Assembly: GCF_003945235.1 (NCBI RefSeq)
Contig: NZ_RSDW01000001.1
Location: 420,001-452,000, forward strand
Length of the DNA stretch: 32,000 bases
Source of the DNA: Edaphobacter aggregans
GTDB taxonomy: Bacteria > Acidobacteriota > Terriglobia > Terriglobales > Acidobacteriaceae
Direction: 5' to 3'
Every line of letters starts with the position of its first letter. Within the stretch, counting starts at the first letter, position 1. Positions 26,262 through 32,000 of the stretch are shown piece after piece. The notes under the pieces are model-generated. The model did not search any database, had not been told where the DNA came from, and was given only the letters and a program-made list of their open reading frames with translations. The translations under genes were made by a program, and so were the position numbers.

Positions 26262-27683
26262 ATGCCCCGTAGCCTGTCTACGACCTTGCTCTTATTTGCG
26301 TTTCTGTCGCGCGTTGTCGTTTCCCACGCACAGCAGCCGACGATGCCGGACATGCCCGGAATGGATATGGGTTCGATGCATCACGATCAACCCCAAGCTC
26401 CCATGAACATGATGATGCAGCCCGCCAACCTGATCGAGGCACAATTGAATCATCTCTCGTCCGGTACGAGCATCGAGCCCACATCAACCCCAATGCACAT
26501 GATCATGTCGCACCGAGCCGGTTGGATGCTGATGCTCCACGGCACAGCCTTCGTCGCCAACATACAGCAGCAGGCTAGTGAGCCACAGGCCGATGCTGAG
26601 ACCGGCGAGACTCAAGCACGGCGCGGCGGGAACAAATTTTTCTCGACCAACTGGATCATGCCGATGGCGATGCGGCAAGTCGGGCCCGGACAGCTTACGC
26701 TCCGTGCAATGTTCTCGCTCGAACCAGCGACGATCACCGACCGCCAGTATCCGTTGCTCCTCCAGCAGGGCGAGACAGCCTTCGGCAAGCCGATCATCGA
26801 CGGACAACACCCCCATAACTTCTTCATGGAGGTCGCCGCCCTCTATGACATCCGCACAAGCGAACACACCCTACTAAGCTTCTACGCCGCACCGGTCGGC
26901 GATCCCGCGATTGGACCAACCGCCTACCCTCATCGCATATCGGCATCAGAGAACCCTGTCGCAGCACTGGGCCACCACCAGCAGGACTCCACCCACATCG
27001 CATTCAACGTATTGACCGCAGGGTTCACCTGGCGCAGCCTCCGCATAGAAGGATCAGGCTTTCACGGAGGAGAGCCGGGCGAGCAGCGCTGGCAGTTTCA
27101 GCCGTCACCGAACGGGCTAGCCATCGACAGCTACTCGACACGCATAACATTCTCCCCATCGCCAAACTGGAGCGGCCAATACTCGATCGCGCATATCACC
27201 AGCCCCGAAGCCCTCTACCCCGGCGAAGACCAGCAGCGGCAAACAGCATCGGCGATGTACAACCGACCCTTCGGCGCAAAGGACAGCAACGGCAACAGCT
27301 CGGGCAACTGGGCAAGCACACTCCTCTGGGGACGAACCCGTTCACTCTCCGACAACGCCAAGACAAACAGCTACCTCGCCGAGTCACTCGTAAAATTCGC
27401 GAGCCGCAATTACGCCTGGACACGGATTGAAAACGCAGGCCGCTCCAACGAGCTTCTCATTTCACCGGGCAGTCCGTTGCCACCAAATTTCACCGAAGAA
27501 CCGATCGGCCACGTGCAGGCGTACACCTTCGGCTACGACCGAGACTTCCGCGTGGCCACTCATCTAATGGCTGCTCCCGGCGCGCAATTCACAACCTACA
27601 CAACACCAGAGCCTCTCCGCCCAACGTACGGTAACCATCCATTTGGTGTCGTCATGTTTGTCCGGTTTCGACTAGTCCAGTGA
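26262..27683 (+). CDS. Secreted Met/His-rich protein, predicted beta-barrel (family not recognised)
   Basis: 473 aa with signal peptide MPRSLSTTLLLFAFLSRVVVSHA. Residues 24-94 (nt 26331-26543) contain 14 Met and 6 His. The remainder shows alternating amphipathic strand-like patterns (VQAYTFGYDRDF, GAQFTTYT, FGVVMFVRFRL). CAGGAG precedes the ATG. Confidence 0.7.
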   Translation: MPRSLSTTLLLFAFLSRVVVSHAQQPTMPDMPGMDMGSMHHDQPQAPMNMMMQPANLIEAQLNHLSSGTSIEPTSTPMHMIMSHRAGWMLMLHGTAFVANIQQQASEPQADAETGETQARRGGNKFFSTNWIMPMAMRQVGPGQLTLRAMFSLEPATITDRQYPLLLQQGETAFGKPIIDGQHPHNFFMEVAALYDIRTSEHTLLSFYAAPVGDPAIGPTAYPHRISASENPVAALGHHQQDSTHIAFNVLTAGFTWRSLRIEGSGFHGGEPGEQRWQFQPSPNGLAIDSYSTRITFSPSPNWSGQYSIAHITSPEALYPGEDQQRQTASAMYNRPFGAKDSNGNSSGNWASTLLWGRTRSLSDNAKTNSYLAESLVKFASRNYAWTRIENAGRSNELLISPGSPLPPNFTEEPIGHVQAYTFGYDRDFRVATHLMAAPGAQFTTYTTPEPLRPTYGNHPFGVVMFVRFRLVQ

Positions 27684-27716
27684 TCCGTTACACCCGAAGC
27701 ATCTACAGTAAAAAGC

Positions 27717-28349
27717 ATGACCATCTATGTAGCCACGACGAACCCGGGCAAGCTACGCGACTTTGCCGCCGCCGCCGATCCACGCATCACGCTGCTCCCC
27801 CTGCCGGGATTGAAAGAAATAGACGCGCCCGCCGAAGACGAACCGACCTTTGAAGGAAATGCTCGCGTAAAGGCGATCTACTACTCCGAACGAATGCTGG
27901 GCGAGATCATAATGGCAGACGACTCGGGCCTAGAGGTCGACGCACTAGGTGGCGCCCCCGGAGTCCGTTCGGCCCGCTACGCCGACGACGTAGGTTTTGC
28001 TCCCGCAGAGCCCCTCAGCACGGATGAACGCAACAACCTCTGCCTCCTGCACGCGCTGGAAGCAATCCCGCAGGAGCAGCGCCAGGGACGCTATCACTGC
28101 GTACTGGCAGCAGCACGCGACGGACAAGTTCTGGCAATCGGAAGCGGAACCGTAGAAGGAAGCGTTCTGCCCACCCCACGCGGAACAGAGGGCTTCGGCT
28201 ATGACCCGCTATTCCTAGTCCCTGAGTTCGAAAAAACAATGGCCGAGCTGGATATGAAGACCAAACTGACAATCAGCCACCGGGGACGAGCCTTCAGCGC
28301 ACTAACGAAGGCACTGGCGAAGGTGGTCGATCTCAATCCAACAAAATGA
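27717..28349 (+). CDS. rdgB: RdgB/HAM1 non-canonical purine NTP pyrophosphatase (dITP/XTP pyrophosphatase)
   Basis: 210 aa with ATTNPGKLRDF, E.EPTFEGNA..KA, DDSGLEVDALGGAPGV.SARYA, GFGYDP.F, KTMAEL....K..ISHRGRA. Confidence 0.9.
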   Translation: MTIYVATTNPGKLRDFAAAADPRITLLPLPGLKEIDAPAEDEPTFEGNARVKAIYYSERMLGEIIMADDSGLEVDALGGAPGVRSARYADDVGFAPAEPLSTDERNNLCLLHALEAIPQEQRQGRYHCVLAAARDGQVLAIGSGTVEGSVLPTPRGTEGFGYDPLFLVPEFEKTMAELDMKTKLTISHRGRAFSALTKALAKVVDLNPTK

Positions 28350-28404
28350 GTTCGGACGATTTCGCACAAATCTAACGATAACCGCACAAAACAGGGCAGT
28401 TTCC

Positions 28405-28434
28405 TTGACGCTGGCAAGACGAGAGCGGAATAAT
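28405..28434 (+). promoter_or_regulatory. Possible sigma70-type promoter of the sdh operon
   Basis: TTGACG (28405-28410), an 18-nt spacer, then AATAAT (28429-28434), about 60 nt upstream of the sdhC ATG. This is a sequence match only. Confidence 0.3.
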
Positions 28435-28493
28435 CGCGATTGCTGCACAAATTCCGTCGCAGTTCATTCCCTTACTGATCGAAGGAGCCTTTC

Positions 28494-29294
28494 ATGGCCG
28501 CAGCCGCACCGCCATCACCTCCCGCCACACCGACGCTCCGAGGCGTTCAACCGCTCCGCGCCGGCGAGGGACACTCCTTCTTCTGGCGCAAACTGCACTC
28601 GCTCACCGGCATCGTCCCCATCGGCGCCTTCCTCATCGAGCACATCGTCTCCAACTTCGAGACCCTCAACGGCCCTCTCGCCTACGCCCAGCAGGTCAAG
28701 TTCCTCAACTCCCTGCCCCTCGTCCGCGTCCTCGAGTGGACCCTCATCTTCATCCCCCTCGCCTACCACGCTATCTACGGCGTCTTCATCGCCATCCGCG
28801 GCCGCAGCAACGTCAACGTCTACCCCTGGGCCGGCAACTGGATGTATCTCTCCCAGCGCGTCACCGGCATCATCGCGCTCCTATATATTGCCTACCACGT
28901 CTGGACCCAGCGCTTCAGCGGCGTCTCGCTCCCCGAGCACCCCGGCGCGGCCTTCCACAAAGTCCAGGCCGAACTAGCCAACCCCATCGTCCTAGCGGTC
29001 TACATCATCGCCATGATCGCCACCACCTGGCACTTCGCCTACGGCATCTGGCTCTTCGCCGCCAAGTGGGGCATCACCCCCGGCGAAAAGGCCCGCAAGA
29101 AATTCGGCTACGTCTGCGCCATCGTCGGCATCGCCCTCTGCCTTATGGGCCTAGCCAGCATCTACGCCGTAGTCACCGCACCCGAGGCTCCTGAAGACGT
29201 AATGCCTGATCAAACCGCAGGTATCTCCCTTCCAGCACCTACGACTGCGCCTCCTAGTTCAACAAATCTTTCTCAGACAGGTGACGTTCAGTGA
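28494..29294 (+). CDS. sdhC: Succinate dehydrogenase / fumarate reductase cytochrome b558 membrane subunit (type B, single anchor)
   Basis: 266 aa. FFWRKLHSLTGIVPIGAFLIEH, five predicted TM helices with conserved His, and position upstream of sdhA. GAAGGAG ribosome-binding site. The last ~35 aa (from ~29190) are low-complexity and compositionally atypical. Confidence 0.85.
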   Translation: MAAAAPPSPPATPTLRGVQPLRAGEGHSFFWRKLHSLTGIVPIGAFLIEHIVSNFETLNGPLAYAQQVKFLNSLPLVRVLEWTLIFIPLAYHAIYGVFIAIRGRSNVNVYPWAGNWMYLSQRVTGIIALLYIAYHVWTQRFSGVSLPEHPGAAFHKVQAELANPIVLAVYIIAMIATTWHFAYGIWLFAAKWGITPGEKARKKFGYVCAIVGIALCLMGLASIYAVVTAPEAPEDVMPDQTAGISLPAPTTAPPSSTNLSQTGDVQ

Positions 29295-29642
29295 GGGTCG
29301 TCAATGAGTGCGCTTCCTTTTTCGGAGTGGTCCCTCCCATCCAAAATTTTTATCGGATCTCTTGGGGTTGGGATTATTTCTCAGATTCTCTTAGAGCGCG
29401 ATCTGAAATCACACAACGCATTACCTCAGTGGAAGCTCTGGCAATCGAATGTCGGCCATCTCCGTCGGTGCCTACAAACGCACAAGACTTTGTTTCCCAA
29501 AAGTCCCCTCAGAATTCTCTGCATCGCTTCATTGGGACTATGTTTGGCCTCGCTTCTTATTCAGTTTGTCTTAGCATGACTGATCGCTCTCGTCTCTTTG
29601 CCCGAAAATAACCTCGAATAACGATCGCTAAGTAGGTACTTC

Positions 29643-31418
29643 ATGGCAGCAACACCCCGAATCATCGTAGTAGGCGGCGGCCTGGCCGGCCTAGCCGCCG
29701 TCATCAAGATCGCCGAAGCCGGCGGCAAGGTTGACCTCTTCTCCATCGTCCCCGTCAAGCGCTCGCACTCCGTCTGCGCCCAGGGAGGCATCAACGCCGC
29801 CAAGAACCTCAAGGGCGAGGGCGACGACGTCTTCAAGCACTTCGACGACACCATCTACGGCGGCGACTTCCTCGCCAACCAGACCCCCGTCAAAAATATG
29901 ACCGCGCAGGGCCCCGCCATCATCGACCTGCTCGACCGCATGGGCGTCCCCTTCAACCGCACCCCCGAAGGCCTCCTCGACTTCCGCCGCTTCGGTGGCA
30001 CCCTCTACCACCGCACCGCCTTCGCCGGAGCCACCACCGGCCAGCAGCTTCTCTACGCCCTCGACGAGCAGGTCCGCCGCTTCGAAGCCGAAGGCAAAGT
30101 CACCAAGTACGAAGGCTGGGAGTTCCTATCCGCCGTCCTCGACTCCAAGGGAGTCTGCCGCGGCATCTGCGCCATGGACCTCCGCACCATGGAGACCCGC
30201 ACCTTCCCCGCCGACGCCATCATCGTCTGCACCGGCGGCAACGGAGCCATCTTCGGCAAATCCACCAACTCCGTCGTCTGCACCGGCTCCGCCCAGTCCG
30301 CCCTCTACCAACAGGGCGCCTTCTACGCCAACGGCGAGTTCATCCAGGTCCACCCCACCGCAATCCCCGGCGAAGACAAGCTCCGTCTCATGTCCGAATC
30401 GGCCCGCGGCGAAGGCGGCCGCGTCTGGGTCCCCAAGGACAAGAACGACAAGCGCGTCGCCAAATCCATCCCCGAAGGCGAGCGCTGGTACTTCCTCGAA
30501 GAGTGGTACCCCAAGTACGGCAACCTCGTCCCCCGCGACGTCGCCACCCGAGCCATCTTCAAAGTCGTCTACGAACATGGCATGGGCATCGACGGCCAGC
30601 CCATGGTATACCTCGACCTAACCCACATCGATCGAGCAACTTTGGACCGAAAACTTGAAGGCATTCTCGAAATCTACGAGAAGTTCGTAGGCGACGACCC
30701 CCGCGAAGTCCCCATGAAGATCTTCCCTGGCATGCACTACACCATGGGCGGCCTCTGGGTAGACTTCAACCAGCAGACCAACATCCCCGGCGTCTACGCC
30801 GCAGGCGAGGCCGACTACTCCATCCACGGAGCCAACCGCCTCGGCGCCAACTCCCTCCTCTCCTGCATCTACGGAGGCTTCGTAGCCGGCCCGCAAGCCA
30901 TGGCCTACGCCAAATCCCTCCCCGCACAGGAAGGCGACGGAGGACACGCCGCCGAGCTCCAGCGCCAGAAGGAGTTCAACCAGCTCCTCCTCAACAACCC
31001 CGGCACCGAAAACCCCTTCAAGATCTGGCGCGAGCTCGGCGAAACCATGACCAAGCACGCCACCATCATCCGCTACAACGCAGGCCTCGACGAAGCCGAC
31101 GCCAAGATCGTCGAACTCCTAGCCCGCTACCGCAACGTCAACCTCTCCGACAAGAGCCAGTGGGCCAACACCAGCTTCGCCTTCACCCGCCAGCTCTGGA
31201 ACATGCTCCAGCTAGGCCGCGTCATCGTCCAGGGCGCACGCCTCCGCGACGAATCCCGCGGAGCCCACTACAAACCCGACTTCCCCGAACGCAACGACGA
31301 AAAGTTCCTCAAGACCACCAAGGTCAGCTTCAAAAACGACGCCCCCGCCTTCGAGTTCGAAGAGGTAGATATCCAGTACATCAAACCGCGCCCACGCCGC
31401 TACGACGCCACGGCCTAG
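29643..31418 (+). CDS. sdhA: Succinate dehydrogenase / fumarate reductase flavoprotein subunit
   Basis: 591 aa. FAD-binding site: IIVVGGGLAGLAAVIKIAEAG. SHSVCAQGGINAA (the His is the covalent FAD attachment site), HPTAIPG, GGLWVD, GEADYSIHGANRLGANSLL, ESRGAHY. Confidence 0.95.
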   Translation: MAATPRIIVVGGGLAGLAAVIKIAEAGGKVDLFSIVPVKRSHSVCAQGGINAAKNLKGEGDDVFKHFDDTIYGGDFLANQTPVKNMTAQGPAIIDLLDRMGVPFNRTPEGLLDFRRFGGTLYHRTAFAGATTGQQLLYALDEQVRRFEAEGKVTKYEGWEFLSAVLDSKGVCRGICAMDLRTMETRTFPADAIIVCTGGNGAIFGKSTNSVVCTGSAQSALYQQGAFYANGEFIQVHPTAIPGEDKLRLMSESARGEGGRVWVPKDKNDKRVAKSIPEGERWYFLEEWYPKYGNLVPRDVATRAIFKVVYEHGMGIDGQPMVYLDLTHIDRATLDRKLEGILEIYEKFVGDDPREVPMKIFPGMHYTMGGLWVDFNQQTNIPGVYAAGEADYSIHGANRLGANSLLSCIYGGFVAGPQAMAYAKSLPAQEGDGGHAAELQRQKEFNQLLLNNPGTENPFKIWRELGETMTKHATIIRYNAGLDEADAKIVELLARYRNVNLSDKSQWANTSFAFTRQLWNMLQLGRVIVQGARLRDESRGAHYKPDFPERNDEKFLKTTKVSFKNDAPAFEFEEVDIQYIKPRPRRYDATA

Positions 31419-31439
31419 CTTTATCTTTTGTTGTCGCCT

Positions 31440-31640
31440 TTTGTTTTTCTTGTTTGTCATCCCGTAGGGATCTGCTGTTGCACTTGCTTTTCTTGTTTGT
31501 CATCCTTCGCGAAGCGGAGGATCTGCTTCTAGCCTTTGCTTGTTTTTATCTTTTGCACCTGCTTCGCCTTTGCCGTCATTCTGAGCGCGTCTTTCGAGCG
31601 CGAAGAACCCCGAGAGAGCTCCGAGCGCCACAACAGCTCG
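31440..31640. repeat. Second cluster of acidobacterial hairpin repeats, immediately downstream of sdhA
   Basis: Units: GTCATCCCGTAGGGATCTGCTGTTGC (31456-31481; 25/26 identical to 16832-16857), GTCATCCTTCGCGAAGCGGAGGATCTGC (31499-31526), and GTCATTCTGAGCGCGTCTTTCGAGCGCGAAGAACCC (31575-31610). T-rich TTGCTTTTG-type spacers separate them. Confidence 0.75.
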
Positions 31641-31700
31641 AACCTTTCTCCCCCAAATTTCGCTTTAGCTTTTGCTGTAAATTATCGAGGGCAACCAACA

Positions 31701-31745
31701 ATGCCAAGCACCATCAACCCGCACCGCTACGACGCAACTGCATAA
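31701..31745 (+). other. Duplicated sdhA 3'-end-like fragment (MPSTINPHRYDATA-stop)
   Basis: ATCAACCCGCACCGCTACGACGCAACTGCATAA (31713-31745) parallels the true sdhA end ATCAAACCGCGCCCACGCCGCTACGACGCCACGGCCTAG (31380-31418). Both encode ...I(K/N)P..RYDATA followed by a stop. Confidence 0.45.
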
Positions 31746-31749
31746 GGAT

Positions 31750-32000
31750 ATGAAACCCGTTCTTCAAGCTAATGAAGTTGCGAACTTGATCGAGCGCTTT
31801 TTGGATGGCCATTCATCCTACCCGCAGGAATGGAACGATTTTGTCGAAGCAGGTCGAGTCGAGAATCACCTCAAAATGATTCAGAAAAAGTGTTATGAGT
31901 TGGACCCATTAGTGAATCGGCCAGGAAATATGGACGTTGAAGCAGTTACCGAACTGCGAACGATTGTCTCAACGTTACGAGGAGCACAACCAATGCCAAG
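31750..32000 (+). CDS. Hypothetical protein, 5' part (open to the window edge), low-GC cassette downstream of sdhA
   Basis: The ATG at 31750 begins an 83-codon frame with no stop, in markedly AT-richer DNA: MKPVLQANEVANLIERFLDGHSSYPQEWNDFVEAGRVENHLKMIQKKCYELDPLVNRPGNMDVEAVTELRTIVSTLRGAQPMP. No family recognised. The ribosome-binding-site spacing is poor (AAGGAT directly abuts the ATG). Confidence 0.4.
   Translation, partial: MKPVLQANEVANLIERFLDGHSSYPQEWNDFVEAGRVENHLKMIQKKCYELDPLVNRPGNMDVEAVTELRTIVSTLRGAQPMP

Noticed and set aside
29561-29854. 97-aa minus-strand ORF overlapping the sdhA start
   Set aside because: It is antisense to the FAD-binding N-terminus of sdhA and has no motif or ribosome-binding site.

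Overview
This is a 32-kb chromosomal segment that looks acidobacterial (Terriglobia/Acidobacteriaceae type). The evidence is a PadR regulator translationally coupled to a duplicated FtsX/MacB-type permease with no ATPase (the ADOP signature), GTCATCC...GGATCTGC hairpin repeats in intergenic DNA, and high GC with extreme third-position bias.

Gene content, left to right:
- IclR-family 3' fragment, manA, and a secreted beta-propeller/phosphoesterase fusion
- a delta-9-type fatty-acid desaturase with a clean terminator
- a DUF4157 (eCIS-core type) zincin-like protein, divergent from a triple-repeat DUF3011 protein
- a sensor-less histidine kinase, an OmpR-type response regulator and an unknown secreted protein
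- the PadR-ADOP pair, then a fused LptF-LptG permease
- DUF1348, a secreted FKBP isomerase and an ABC exporter
- a flagellar block: fliS-fliD-fliC on the minus strand with a good sigma28 promoter, and flbD-motA-motB on the plus strand
- yjbQ, a small Cys/His secreted protein plus a Met/His-rich predicted barrel protein, and rdgB
- an sdhC-sdhA operon that is interrupted twice and lacks sdhB within the window

No rRNA, tRNA, CRISPR array or transposase was recognised.

Leads most worth follow-up:
1. The uncharacterised Cys/His plus Met/His-rich two-gene module.
2. The orphan DUF4157 protein with two HExxH motifs.
3. The invaded sdh operon, with a duplicated sdhA 3' end and a low-GC cassette running off the window.
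4. An orphan intrinsic terminator that implies an sRNA or leader upstream of DUF1348.
5. A strand-wide C-over-G asymmetry that ignores gene orientation and is broken by unskewed islands.

All family assignments come from motif recognition by eye. No searches were run.
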